Of a stretch of DNA of 64,000 nt, positions 14,167 through 28,329 are shown piece after piece. The notes beneath the pieces were generated by a model. The model saw only the letters and a program-made list of their open reading frames with translations. It was not told the origin of the DNA and searched no databases. The translations under genes and the position numbers were made by a program. This stretch comes from Octopus vulgaris. Its lineage: Eukaryota. The stretch covers positions 175,646,001-175,710,000 of the forward strand of contig OX597817.1 in the NCBI GenBank assembly GCA_951406725.2, in the 5' to 3' direction. Position 1 is the first letter of the stretch; each line of letters begins with the position of its first letter.

Positions 14167-14349
14167 AGTTGTATACTGTCAATTTAATGTGACAGTCCCA
14201 TGAAGGGAATAATACTACCGCTATTTAGCCCTAGGAAGCAGCAACGCTTCCTGTCAGCCTTGACACATTTCCTGTGTCCTTATGTTTACAAGGGGGAGAT
14301 AAGCACCTTCACCCAGCTAAGCCTGCACTAGTTTCTGAGTCTTCGCTCG

Positions 14350-14432
14350 TCATCAGTCTCCAACTAGTAGGCCACTCCTCATCAGTCTCCAACTAGTAGG
14401 CCACTCCTCATCAGTCTCCAACTAGTAGGCCA
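14350..14432. repeat. 29-bp tandem repeat x ~2.9
   Basis: TCATCAGTCTCCAACTAGTAGGCCACTCC at 14350, 14379 and 14408 (partial). Confidence 0.9.
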
Positions 14433-14594
14433 TGCTACTCCAGACTGAACTAGTGTGTATGTTATTTTTTCTGTTCTGCATTGTTTGCCACAATTCTTTT
14501 AATTTGTTACATTCATTGGACTGCGGCCATGACGGGCTTTGAAGGACTTAGAAGCGTACATATATATGTATTTATATGTATTTACATATGTATG

Positions 14595-14835
14595 GATATA
14601 GATGAAACAGAGGCGACTGAAGAAGGGGAATGTTCCTGGTGTTGTATGTCTTGTACTCTATTTTTTCGTTGTTTAAGAAAAATGTCCATTTCCTTGGTTT
14701 TGTGTTTATGTTTTCGTTTCTCATTGTGTTCGACGTTTTTTGGTGTCCTGTACCCATATATGCACGTATATATAAATGTAGATGTAGGTACGTACATATA
14801 TGTATGTATATATGCATATGTTTTATTTATTAATT
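14595..14835 (+). mobile_element. Interspersed repeat family C (also 6580-6780, 27440-27700, and minus-strand 49040-49200)
   Basis: Shared CTGAAGAAGGGGAAT.TTCC...TGTTGTATGTCTTGTAC...TTTTCGTTTCTCATTGTGTT block. Confidence 0.7.
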
Positions 14836-14892
<57 letters not shown>

Positions 14893-14907
14893 TATATATA
14901 TATATGC

Positions 14908-14953
14908 AAAACTGTCCGACGAACTGGAACGTGAAACTCAGAGTAACAGGTTT
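14908..14953 (+). ncRNA. Minimal type I hammerhead motif (one core substitution) in an ~90-bp TA-embedded element
   Basis: AAAACTGT-CCGACGA-AC(TGGAAC)GT-GAAA-CTCAGAG-TA-ACAGGTTT; helix I CTGT/ACAG; CUGA>CCGA. Confidence 0.6.
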
Positions 14954-15000
14954 TGTTGAATTTTCTGCTGCTTTGAAATAAAGTATATATAGTTATATGT

Positions 15001-15059
<59 letters not shown>

Positions 15060-15670
15060 GTGTGTATATATATATATATATAATCTTTTACCTTTTACTT
15101 GTTTCCACCCACTTCCCGTCAACCAAACTTACTCATAAGATATTGGTTGACTCTGCACTATATTAGAAAAAAACTTTCTCAAGACGCTCTGCAATAAGAC
15201 TGAACCGAGAACCTTGGGGTTGTAAAGCAAATTTGTTTAAGCAACGCTGCATGCCTGCGCCTATGTTGTATTCACTTTTTAATGAAACCACTTCTAATTG
15301 CAATCGATAGAAACTTCGAATTCAATTAGTCGAATATTGATTATTTCAACACGATCCAAATAGAGTTTTCACAATGAACAATTAACTTGCATTCAATATA
15401 TTACGGTTAAATAATTTATTGGCCCCAGGAAAGGTGCATGCAAATCGATATCTAATTTGATGGTATTTGAACTCCTGCCGTAGAGGGATTGTAACAGAAT
15501 ATTGAAATGCATTTTATTTTAAGTACATCACTTTATTTCAGTTTACTCCAACCAACGAGGTGCACCTGAAAATGAGTACCAACCGAGTTCTAGTGCAACT
15601 CTCTCTCCCTCTCTCCCTCTCTCCTCTCTCTCTCTCCTCCTTCTCTCTCTCTCTCTCCCTCTCTTTCCAG

Positions 15671-15707
15671 CTGTCACATCATGAATACACCACTGGATCA
15701 AAGTGTG
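15671..15707 (+). other. Candidate 37-nt exon (possible ATG-bearing: MNTPLDQSV)
   Basis: ~70-nt polypyrimidine tract ending TTTCCAG at 15670 and donor GTG|GTGAGT at 15708; no homology evidence. Confidence 0.35.
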
Positions 15708-15864
15708 GTGAGTGAAGAAAGTGTCTGTTCGTGATTATATCAGTATCTAAAATAATTAGCTGTAGCATGGCACATGCTACCAAGTTATACTCGTTCGCAG
15801 GTGATGGCTGACTCTTAAAACAATCTCCACATTCTTGTATATACGTGTGATGTGTGTGTGTATC

Positions 15865-15932
<68 letters not shown>

Positions 15933-16279
15933 TGCATGCATGTATGTATGTGTATATGTGTGTGTATTTGTGTACAGACATGTTCATCCTTATGAATATA
16001 AATGTATGCATTCATATTCATATATATTGTACAGGAAATATATGTTTCTTCACACAATAGGAAAAATTTAACAAAGTATTCAGTGAATATGAAAAGTGCG
16101 AAAATAAATGGCATAACTATTTTTATTGACGGACATTGGTCGTCCATGGTGCTCGAATAACCTCTCCTATACAATGGTGCTCCATCGATACGTTTACACC
16201 ATCTTTGACCTCTATCTCTCAAGTTCTCTCTGAAAATTCTCTGATATGCATTTTTGTACCCTCTCCTTCACAGTCTGTG

Positions 16280-16395
16280 TCATCAAATCATTGTTTCCGA
16301 AGACTGCCCTTCACTGGACAAAATACGAGGAAGTCAGGAGTGGCACATCCAAACTTTACAGAAGATGGAGAACCACGGATCAGTTCAATTTGCAG
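16280..16395 (+). mobile_element. Decayed RTE-like LINE 3' coding remnant
   Basis: Frame reads FPKTALHWT...RSGTSKLYRRW, resembling the RTE C-terminal PK..L.W....RGRP..RW motif. Confidence 0.4.
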
Positions 16396-17144
16396 AGAGA
16401 GAGAGAGATCGTTGTATCGACCAGACTATCGGATGTTATGATACACCACTGATCACAAAGCCGTTCTACGCATTGTTGTAGATTTCGAATGATGCCACCC
16501 CAGTGGCTAGGCGTGCAGAGTTACGCCTTTGCAACGTGAAATAAAGTGTTTTTTTCCCAAGGACAAAACGCACCCACAGGTCTAGGAATCGAAGGCACGA
16601 TCTTGTGTACAACACTTTAGCAACAGATCACATTGCTTCTAACACACAAGCGCGCTCCTGAATACATATGCATACACATACACTGACACTCACATATATT
16701 GATAAATGCTACTCTTTCCCTATTTTGTTTAATTCGATTTCATCCTGATATGTTCAATATATCAATTTTCTATTCTGAATTTTGAATAATTGTTGCATAT
16801 TTTTCGCACGACAATGCCAAAAAAACTCAACTACTCAACAATTATCCATAAAACAATTGCACAGCAAACTATACTGTTATTCTGAAGTATATTACTCTCA
16901 CCATTACCCAGAACATATTCAACTCCCGAAATATAATTTAGATTTATTCATTATATTCTAATATATCCTTTCATATATGTATGTGTGTGTGTACATACAA
17001 ACATTATATATATATGTACACATATATATATACATATATATATATACATATATATATATACATACATACACATACATATATATATATACATATATATACA
17101 CATATATATACACATATATATACATATATATATATATATTATGC

Positions 17145-17179
<35 letters not shown>

Positions 17180-19451
17180 TATATACACGTGCACGCACAA
17201 CCACCCACACATATATTAATGTATATATATAAATATACATACGAAGGTTCATCCATCTATCCATCTATCCATCCATACATACATACATACATACATACAT
17301 ACATACATACATACATACATACATACATACATACATACATACATACATACATACATACATACATACATACATAATAATACATACATAGATATTTATAATT
17401 TATATGTGTGCAGATTGAATACATTTTCTGTTTTTATAGTCATACATTAAAACAAAACTGGATTCTAGCTTTATCATTTTTATTGAACATGTTTTCATAT
17501 TTTCATTTGAGCTCATTGCAGTTTATTTGTAACAGTAAAAATCCCAAATCTATCATTAGCGTTTCCAAATCTTTACAATTTTATGTTCTGGACGAAGTAC
17601 TTATTATTCGTGTCGTGTGTTACTGCGTCTTTATATAGTAGGCAAAACTATAATTACTGATATAGACAATACTGCTATTTCAATTATTGAATGTTCCATT
17701 TTATACCTCATTGGCGATATGTTTATTTCTGTTTGTAATCAATGAATGTTATCAACGTGTTTCTGGTTGCGTTACGTTGTGCTGTGTGGTTTCCTTGTAT
17801 CACTAATCGTCAATTATTGTATAACACTGACGCGTTTTCTACTCAAATTTCCGCATTTAGTTTTTATGATTCTTGATGGCAAAAGCTCATGGTCAGTAAA
17901 TGGGTGACTTGCATTTGTACGGTAAATATAACAGTCAGAGTCGTGAAATTTACAACTTTCATATTTGCACTAAGTTTTTTTTTTAAGTTACACTTGTCAG
18001 TAAAAATAGCTTGTTTGGAAGTTTATATGGTTGTTGTTTATCATCGTAAGGAATGCAGTACATTTTAGATATTTTGTAGAATATTATTAGTTGCTATAAT
18101 GTACTATAAAACCTATCTATATATTTTTAGCAAACACTATATCTTACAACGAATGTAAACATCACGTTTGTGGAGAGAAAAAGAAGGAAGAGATGTACAG
18201 ACTCCTTGATTCAACTTTGTTTGGAGTTCTGTCAGCAGCAGTGCACCTTCCTTAACTATCCACTAACAAAGTACATATAAACGCGCTAATTGGATAGATC
18301 AATTTGCATAGTAAACCTTTTCTTGGCAGCTAGTTTGAATACTGAATTACCAATGTGTTAAGAGACTTGAAACGTGAACAGAGACAACTATTCCTTCTTT
18401 TTCCCCCGGTGAACTTATTCTGTATATAGACGTGATATTTACATTCGTATTAATATGCAAAAACAATGCTGACCAAAGATTTTTGATTATGGCTTGATAA
18501 GTCAAGATCGACTTACCAACAACAAGAACAGCTGTACTGAAATCAGTAACTGATTCACTGCATGATGCAGAATTTCTGATTGAAACATCTTGCTAAGATT
18601 TCTAACACTTATCTTCCCTAAATGACGAAAGCAAAGTACATCGTAGCAGAATTCAAATTCAAAACATAACACGAAGAAATTAAATATTAATTACTCAATC
18701 ACACTATCATGTGTGTGTTATTCTAATGAACATCTGGGACCAAATTTCTATTCATGGTTGAAAGTATTTCCTTTTCCATATAACGTTAGTACCGTAAACA
18801 AATACTTAAACGTTAGTTAGATTCTCTATAACTTATGTATTTCTTCCTTTTAACTCTAGTAAGGTGTGTAGATGTTGAATGAACGTATGATATCTTTTAC
18901 ATAGCTAATGCTTAGTGGGTACTCTTACATATTAAGCAACAGAACAACCCTTAAAATTACATCTTCATGCAATGTAAGTAGAGCAAGGAAACCGGCGGAT
19001 GCTGTTATTCTCCGATCTACACCTGTAGGACATAATGGCCACTGCAAACCAACAAACTAGTCGTAGATTTAATAGATATGTCACTGCTTGAAAAGAGAGA
19101 GGCAACTACCTTGGCGTATTTATTTTCAACAAGATTTATACATTATTGAGAGTTAAATGACCCACAGACAAAATGCAGAACCGGTGACAAGAACGCACTG
19201 CTGGATGTTCGATTCCGTATCAACTCGGCTATTTACGCATCCGTTTCCTTTATGTAATGAAATAAAGTCTTAAAACATTTCAGCGGTGTTTGTATATGGT
19301 ATACAGCTTAAGGGGGTATGAGAGCATAAGAACCGTTATAGTCCTCCTTTCTATTAGCTTTGTTATATAAACTTAGATAACAGTCATGCGCACACACACA
19401 CATACACATATGCATATATATATATATATACATGTATACAAACACACACAC

Positions 19452-19508
<57 letters not shown>

Positions 19509-20092
19509 TGCGGGTGTGATTGTGTCTGCGTGTACGTGAGTGTATGTGAAGCTGTAGTCGTTTTGTTTTGTTGTAGCTAATTCAAGCAGTTTTGTTGCGA
19601 GAGAATTACTCTTTACATGAAATTGTCAAAGCAATCGAGAAAGAAAACTATTTGATCGAAGCATATTAACGTTAAGAAGCAAAATGATTTCGTGGATGAG
19701 TATGTCTGTGTACGTATGTGTATTTTTGTGTGTATGTATTTATGAACGTATGTATGCATGTATGCATGTATATATACACATACAAACACACACTGTGGTG
19801 TGCATTGAATAAACAGTAATTCTCTTTTTTTTATATAATATTTTGGGGTCTTTTCGTGATTGATTTTCTTTTTTGGCTTTTGTTCTGCTTTCAATGATAT
19901 AATATTTTGTTTTTCTTTGAAATCTAAGTTTGGTTTCTGGCCTAAGACATTCTTTTCAGGTTCGATTATTTCTAAGACATGAACACGAACATGATCCCAA
20001 CGTGTTCACAATATCCCGTCGTGCGAAATAAATCCGTGGAAGAAAGGACGTCCATCTTGTAACTTAGATATATTTATATATTAGTTTATGTA

Positions 20093-20197
<105 letters not shown>

Positions 20198-20366
20198 TCA
20201 TTTCTGATTTGGCTATTCTTCCGTTATCGAAATTTTCTAGGCAGATGTCTCTTTTGTCAGAGCTATTGAAAGTCTACAAAGACATGAATATGGCCGAACT
20301 ACGAAAACGTTACTGATTCCCTCCCACCACCTCGTTCCGCAGTCTTCTCTTTCTCTCTCCCCTCCG

Positions 20367-20439
<73 letters not shown>

Positions 20440-20640
20440 ACTCTCTCAGCGTTTTATTATCTCACACACTATCCTCTCTAGTCCTCACTATTTGTATTCG
20501 CTTTTATATGTATATGCATGTGTATAAGTATGCATTATGTATCTGTCTATATGTGTGTACATATATATATATATGCATGTATATGTATCTACCTCTTTAA
20601 TTATCTATCTCTCTATCTATTGCTTTATCACTGCTTATGA

Positions 20641-20698
<58 letters not shown>

Positions 20699-21617
20699 CA
20701 TAATTGTTTGCTTGTATTTTCCCTCTTACCTTGTGATTTCTGATGTTCACTAGAATATTTTTCTTTTAAATTTTTAACATGTGCCAAGAAATGGGAGGTT
20801 GGTGATCAGATTTTCAGAATTAGAAGCGCATAAAATAATCGTCCCGAGCAACAGGTTTTGAAGAAAGTAACGTATGGTTCGAATCTATTTTATGTCCAAT
20901 CTATCTTAACTTGCTCTGAGTTCAATGAAATAAAATATAATCGTCAAAGTAATAATAGAGAATAATGTGGGGTAAATATGATTGGGCCTTACTTTTAACA
21001 TTGATTTCTTAAATGGTCACATGACCTCAAATTTATTCATGGGTATAACTGATCATATAGATCCCTAGTATTTGATTGACTATTTTTTGGGACCTGGAAC
21101 TTAAAACTATTTCAGCGATAATTGAAATCAGAACGTTAAAGGTTGTAACTAAATACCGTATGTCATCTTATCCTATGCCTTAATGACTCAGCCAGTGTGC
21201 TTTAGACTGATCCCATTGACCTATTGTCTCCTGGTGTTGCTAATAAAACTGTGCGGGCCATACACACTGCTAGAAATAACTGTAAAACCGCTATAAATCA
21301 CAAGCTGCTTTCTCGAAAGAGAGAGAGGAGGGGAGAGAGAGAGAGAGAGAGAAAGAGAAAGAGAGAGGGGGGTCTAATATTGATTAAGGTTGTTCATAAC
21401 TTTTTCAGTCACAGGAGAAATAGTTAAACTCGGCATCTTAGTGTGTCAAATGTTGACTATCTAACTTTACATATCATACTTTGATTCTGTGAGGACTGGG
21501 TTCCGCATTGACAAGTCTCTGACATTAAATACAATGTTAAACACAAATAGTATACAAATTAGTAGCCACAGTTTTCTGTTCCTATCTGATTTGATGCGCA
21601 CATCAATAGAATAACTA

Positions 21618-22100
21618 CCGTAAATCCTCGAGTATAGTCCGCCCTTGAGTAAAATACGCAGTTTTTTTTATCAAGCTTTACACTCGATTGCATCGTATGT
21701 TATCAATCCCGGAAAAATTAAATAAAATGCTAACGTCATCAATACTTGCTTTCAGACAACTAATTGCCTCTAACCAGGCTTGTCTCAAAAAAACAAGCCC
21801 GCGATTAAGCAGTAATATATAATATTATTCTGGTTGCCGTGATCTATTCGAGTGTGACGTTTTACCAAGCTTAACTATGGAGCAAAACCACAGACACCAT
21901 CGAGATTTTTAACATACTGGAAATGGTTTGAGTGTTACAGTTAACGCAAGCTTGGCTATGTGGTGAAATGAAAGACATGATTGAAGTGTCTAAAATTAAC
22001 GAAGCAATGTTAGGAAGATCTATAAATTTATGCATCAAACTAGAAATATGAATATTTATAAAACGTCGAATTTCAGACGGATCCCTCTAATGTATAGTGC
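21618..22100 (+). mobile_element. Possible pogo/Tigger-like DNA transposon end
   Basis: TA|CCGTAAATCCTCGAGTATAGTCCGCCCTTGAGTA resembles pogo-type CCGTA termini with repeated GAGTA; no partner TIR seen. Confidence 0.35.
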
Positions 22101-22119
22101 TTGTGAATATATGTATATA

Positions 22120-22157
<38 letters not shown>

Positions 22158-22259
22158 CGTATCTATAATATATATATACATGTAAAAATCAAAATCAAAA
22201 AATATATATATGTATGTATGTATAATATATATACATATATATATGTATAATATATATAT

Positions 22260-22309
<50 letters not shown>

Positions 22310-22320
22310 ATATATATATG

Positions 22321-22369
<49 letters not shown>

Positions 22370-22399
22370 ATATATATATATATAAAATATATATATATG

Positions 22400-22437
<38 letters not shown>

Positions 22438-22634
22438 TCTTTTACATGTTTCAGTCATTTGACTGCGGCCATGCTGGAGCACCGATATATATATATATAC
22501 ATATATATATATACATATATATATACATATATATATATATATATGTATATACATATATATACATATATATATATATGTATAATATATATATATATATATA
22601 TATTATTTATATGTATATACATATATATACATAC

Positions 22635-22676
<42 letters not shown>

Positions 22677-23224
22677 CAAAACAATAGAAATATCGGCGAA
22701 ACCACTACCGTCTCTCAAAGAATAGTAGAGACATCAACGAAGAAATAAGCAAAAATTAATGTTGCGAGCAGAATAACTTTAATTATTTGAAACTATACTT
22801 GTTTCGGTAAATGAAAGTGAATATAAAAAATATTATTGAAAGCATCAAAGTGGCGTTTAATTAATGTTAGGAATAGGTAATGTGTTGAGATAGGGGAGTG
22901 ATCATCTCAGATCTTTAGAAAACGCTGTAAGATTCTAGGCATTTCATTCTCATTGCTTGATAATGCATCGAAGAAAAATCTGCAGCTTAATTTAACTTCC
23001 AACATTTTCGAACATAAGCACAAGACCAGAAATTTGCGAGGAGGGTTTTGAATCGATTCCAGCATTTCGCTGATGCTTTATTTTATTGATGTCCGAAAGG
23101 TAAAAGGTAATGTTGATTTTGCAGAGATTTAGATTGAAAATGTAAGGAACCGGGATAAATATCGCGAGGCATATTCTCCTACACTTTAACGATTTCGCCA
23201 TTCCCCTACGCTTCAACTAATAAT

Positions 23225-24200
23225 ATTAGTTTCAAATTTTGGCACAAAGCTAGCAAATTCGAAGAAGGGGTGTCAGTCAATTACATCGAACTTAGTGCTC
23301 AACTGGTATTTATTTTACCGACTCCGAAAAGATAAAAGGCTAAGTTGACCTCGGTTGATTTGAACTCAGAACATAAAGACAGACGGAATGCCGCAAAGCA
23401 TTTTGCCCGGCGTACTAACGACTCTGCCAGCTCACCGTTTTTATTTAAGTATTAATATTCGTTTCAAATTATGGTTCGTTTGTTCCTTCTTGAATCTCGG
23501 CTGGCTCATTGGGCCGGTTTCTCGGTTTCCTTGGCGTTTAGGTTCCCCACCTGGACGGGACGCCGGTCCGTCGCAGGTGAGTTGCAAGATGCAGGAGGAA
23601 AGAGTGAGAGAAAGTTGTGGCGAAAGAGTCAGCAGAAGTTCGCCATTACCTTCTGCCGGAGCCGAGCGGAGCTTAGGTGTTTCGCTCATATACACACACA
23701 TCGCCCGGTCTGAGATTCGAACCCGCGATCCCTCGACCGCGAGTCCGCTGCTCTAACCACTAGGCCATGTGCCTCCACCAAATTATGGTAAAAGGCCAGA
23801 AATTTCGGGGAAGGAGCTAAATCGATTAGATCGACCCCAGTGCTCAACTGGTACTTATTTTATCGATCCTGAATGATGAAAAGCAAAGTCGACCTAGGCT
23901 GAATTTGAATTCAGAACGTAAAGACAGACGAAATGACGCTAAACATTTTGCTCGGCGGGTTAACAATATTATCAGTTCGCTGCCTTCATTAAGGTAATAT
24001 CAATAACGTTTCAAATAATAATTTATTACGTAGGAACGAGACCAGACATTTTGAAGAAATGGTTAGTCGATTAAATCTACTTGTATTTCATTGGTACTTA
24101 TTTTATCCACTTTCTAAGGTTGAAAGGCAAAGTTAACCTCACTGGAATTTGAACTCCATTCATAAAAAGCCATACACAAATATCACAAGTATTTTGTCCA
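23225..24200 (-). mobile_element. Cluster of head-to-tail family B SINE copies
   Basis: Three copies of CTGGTAC/TTATTTTATCGAC...AAAGGCAAAGT.GACCT...TTTGAACTCAGAAC. Confidence 0.75.
23476..23778 (-). mobile_element. Young tRNA(Arg-TCG-like)-derived SINE family D with 11-bp TSD, nested in a family B SINE
   Basis: Head GGAGGCACATGGCCTAGTGGTTAGAGCAGCGGACTCGCGGTCGAGGGATCGCGGGTTCGAATC (A and B boxes); TSD CAAATTATGGT at 23465-23475 and 23779-23789. Confidence 0.85.
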
Positions 24201-25123
24201 ACATTAACATTGGCACAAAGTCACACAGTTATTGAAGTGGGAGCAGTCGGTTAAATCTGTTACGGTATTTGTCTGGAAAATATTTTATCGACATCCGGGA
24301 TAGGGAATAATCTCCGAATGAAAGTGATGTCTAAATACCTTCTCTCAGTTTGTCCATTGTTCACTCGCCTAAAATGAATTTGACCTGGTACAAGGCCACA
24401 TAATATATTCTGTAGGACGGTGAGATTGTTTTAACTCATTTGATATTTTCCTGGTATCTTTTTAGCGACTATAGCATTATGTAAGGCAATGTCACCCTGC
24501 AACACTACCAGGGAACAAATGTGTAACATTACATAAAAGCAAAACAAGCCTTTTATAATTCGCATTATATTTTGAACTGTCCATTAATTTGGAATGAGCT
24601 GTTTTTTTCTTTAAATGCATGCTTCAACGCTTTTTTTTTTGTTTTTGTTTTTTTGGTATATTTTTGCACAAAATTCTCAGTTTAATGACAGTATATATAT
24701 TTGAATAAATTATACAGCTATTTGGAATGGTCGAAGTAGCTTAACTGAAAAAGTGTTTGGATAAAAATCTCCAGTCTAATCAGGGTTCGAATATTGGTGA
24801 AATTCTCATTTTGGTTAATGAAATAATTTACTAATCCAGTTACTTTAGCTTAATCTTTGATTAAACTTAGAAGGAAAGGTTTTGAGGGGGCTACATATAT
24901 ATTATTAACACACACACCAACACACATCACAAAACTTCACACACAGCCCAAACCCCATACTCATCTCAAACGGGGATACCACTTTAAATGTGCATGCACC
25001 TACCACTTCCTAACTTGTTAACTCCGCCCCTATAGAACTACGTAGCCTCCTGGTTTCTAAACTTTGACCAGTTTTGTCAACCACTTTCCCTCTTTCAGAA
25101 TTCTTTACTTTCCTTCTATACTT

Positions 25124-25152
25124 CTGATAAAGGAATGGCATCTGAAACGTTA
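25124..25152 (+). ncRNA. Degenerate minimal hammerhead motif (same family as 41478)
   Basis: CTGATAAAGGAATGGCATCTGAAACGTTAA in the same pyrimidine-rich context as 41478. Confidence 0.4.
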
Positions 25153-25745
25153 AAACTCCTTCTCTTCTTTTATAAGTGTTAAACTAATACAATATTTGTT
25201 AAAACTTGACACTCTTGAGTTGTATTTTTCTTTTTTGTTCTAGTTCATTGTCTCAAAAATAATTAAAAATATCCCTTCCATCTTTCGTCTGTATCGTATA
25301 TTTTATTTGAAGGCCTGGCCTTATGTCCTTTTCCCGCTTTCTGGAAGTATATTTTTCTGCGCTTTTCCACTTCTGGGTACTCTCCCCTATTGTATCCCTT
25401 CATCTCCTTGAGTTCTACGCTTATGACGTCGAGGATTTGTATATCTGTCTAGTGCTAGCCTGCAGTTTCACACACAACGACAAACATACGCACACACGCG
25501 TACACACACACACACGCGCGCGCGCACACACACACACACACACACAAGTATACAGCTACAGATAGCTCTATACACCTCCAGTTCACTACTTTTGAAAATC
25601 CTGAAACTACAAAATCTGTTATAATATTTAGACCTCGAATATATTTTTAACGTCATCTCATCATGATTCTGTCAGAGAAAAAAAATACGTTTTTCTCTCT
25701 GCGTCTATGCATGTACGTATGTATGTATGTATGTATGTATGTATG

Positions 25746-25776
<31 letters not shown>

Positions 25777-25974
25777 CGTTTATCCAGTTATATCTATTGT
25801 TAAATATGACGAAAAGGGTATGTGAATATATGTCTATGTGTATGCATGTCACTGTGTGTGTGTGTACGTGTGCTCGTGTGTGTCATGCGGTGTATAGTGC
25901 TCGCATATATCTACTGAAGTGTGGCATGATTTATTCTCTGTTTATATATATATATATGTATATATATATATGTA

Positions 25975-26037
<63 letters not shown>

Positions 26038-27408
26038 CTATATACACATATATTTGCGTTTATGTACAGCAGTTCGTTTTTATATCTACCACTTTATTTA
26101 ACCTAACATGTTTCACGCGTACACTCATATCTCCGTCAAATCATATGCCATTTGCCTATTTACGAAATATGATATAACCAAACATAAACATCAATCATTT
26201 AGGGAGTGAAGTGCAAATCCCAATGCACTGGAGTGCTTCAAAGCGAATACACAGCTTTCTGAGGAAGATCCTAGTTTTTCAAACAGTTACTTTTGGAGAA
26301 CATGTCTGACATCATATCGCTTCCTGGGAAATGAAGCTATAAATTAATCTACTTCTATAACTAGAGTCTCATATTCGATTACTATGTATGTATGTATGTA
26401 TGTATGTATGTATGTATGTATGTATGTATGTATGTATGTATGTATGTATGTATGTATGTATATTGATGGATGGATATATGCATGTGTGTGTAGTCACACA
26501 TGTTTGTGAGCGCGTTTGTTTAGGTATAGGTGTCTTTTTGTGCGTGTATGTATGTGTATGCATGTATATGCACATATATAAATACATATGTATGTATCTG
26601 TATGTTTATATACATATATATATATATGTGTGAGTGTGTGTGTGTATGTATGCATATATATATATATATATACATACATACATACATATATATTACATAT
26701 TACACACACACATATATATATACATATATATATACACACACACATATATATATATATGTACGTGTATATATACATATGTATGTGTGTGTGTGTATGTGTG
26801 TGTGTAGATACATCGATAGATAGATATACAAACTCAGTCACGCACATAACAAACACACGCACATACACACACATACACACACACACAAACACGCACTCAA
26901 ACACACAGAGCCGTAACCTGTATATATTTTTTTCTTCTCTTTATATTCATTAAATCACCTGATTATTCCAGGACCTCATGCGTAAGAGAGAATTGCCTGT
27001 TACATAGCATACATAATATATCCTTAAAGTGAAGCCGCTGTCTATGCTTTAATCTATTATATTTACATAAACACACATGCGTCACAATGTCAACCAGCAA
27101 GATTTTTTTTTTCTTTTCAGTTTTTTAAACAGACGAATAAATGATATGCCGAAACTACTGTGAAGATTTTAGTTCTTGCATTGTTGTTACTTCTATTCGT
27201 ACGTAAAAAGTTTGCTTTCCAACCATAAAATTTCAAGTTCCGAACAAGGCGTTGTGAGGAGATTTTGTAAACGGAAGCTGAGAGAAGCCCGTCGTATGCA
27301 TACGTACATACATACATACATACATACATACATACATACATACATACATACATACACACATACATACATACATACATACATACATACATACATACATACA
27401 TACATACA

Positions 27409-27440
<32 letters not shown>

Positions 27441-27700
27441 ACGCGGAGTAGACGAAACAGGGACAACTGAAGAAGGGGAATATTCCTTGTGTTGTATGTC
27501 TTGTACTTTTTTTTCGTTGTTTGAAAAAAAAGTTTGTTTCTTTGTTTTCGTTTCTCATTGTGTTTAACGTTTTCTTGATGTTCTGTACCCACACATGCAT
27601 CTATATATACATATAGATGTAGGTATATATGCATATATTTATATATTATTTATATTATTATATGATCGAACGCCACGCATCCTGTTCCAAGTATAAATAA

Positions 27701-27768
<68 letters not shown>

Positions 27769-27921
27769 CTCATGTAGGATAAAAAATTTTTCGGGAAAAA
27801 ATTTTTATCAATGGCTGGCATATCAAAAAATACCTTTAAAGGTTAAATTTATAAATAATTTACAAAATAAGGGCAAAGGAAAAATTCTAATGCCAAATAT
27901 GCCGTAAAAAAGACAAAAATT

Positions 27922-28074
27922 GTGAAATACTTACTCATACCCATGGAAAAATCAAGCACTAAGTACCCCAAATATATGTGCCGAAGATTTTCTATTTTGG
28001 ATATATTTGGGGTACTTAGGTCTGTTCAGGGACTTAGTGCTTGCTTTTTCCATGGGTATGAGTAAGTATTTCAC
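27922..28074. repeat. Nested near-perfect hairpin (inverted repeat)
   Basis: GTGAAATACTTACTCATACCCATGGAAAAA...AAGCACTAAGT / ACTTAGTGCTT...TTTTTCCATGGGTATGAGTAAGTATTTCAC plus inner CTAAGTACCCCAAATATAT/ATATATTTGGGGTACTTAG. Confidence 0.9.
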
Positions 28075-28089
28075 TTATATCTCACCTAT

Positions 28090-28155
28090 TTATCGCTGAA
28101 GAGGGGAATTTTCTATGAATTAACCCCGAAATTAGACCAATACGGTAATAACGAA
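28090..28155 (+). ncRNA. Hammerhead-like motif adjacent to the hairpin
   Basis: CTGAAGA-GGGG...CCCC-GAAA with disrupted helix III. Confidence 0.5.
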
Positions 28156-28329
28156 TTTTTTAGAAATTTCTATCGGTTTGCTTCTAGACGCATAAATTAT
28201 AATGTATATATACATATATATATGTGTATATATATATATATTTATATATATATATATACATACACACACACAATTATATATATATGTGCGCGTGTGCGTG
28301 CTAGTAGGAGGACTGACCTTGTTTTGGAT

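Noticed and set aside
14350-14432. CRISPR-like array
   Set aside because: Simple head-to-tail 29-mers without spacers
16136-16481. Host exon after CTCTCCTTCACAG acceptor
   Set aside because: No donor, and one frame resembles an RTE C-terminus abutting a SINE
17400-19380. Long repeat-poor stretch, possible 3' UTR or enhancer
   Set aside because: No ORF, structure or motif I can support from sequence alone
23700-23778. tRNA-Arg gene
   Set aside because: Acceptor stem does not pair; it is the head of a TSD-flanked SINE
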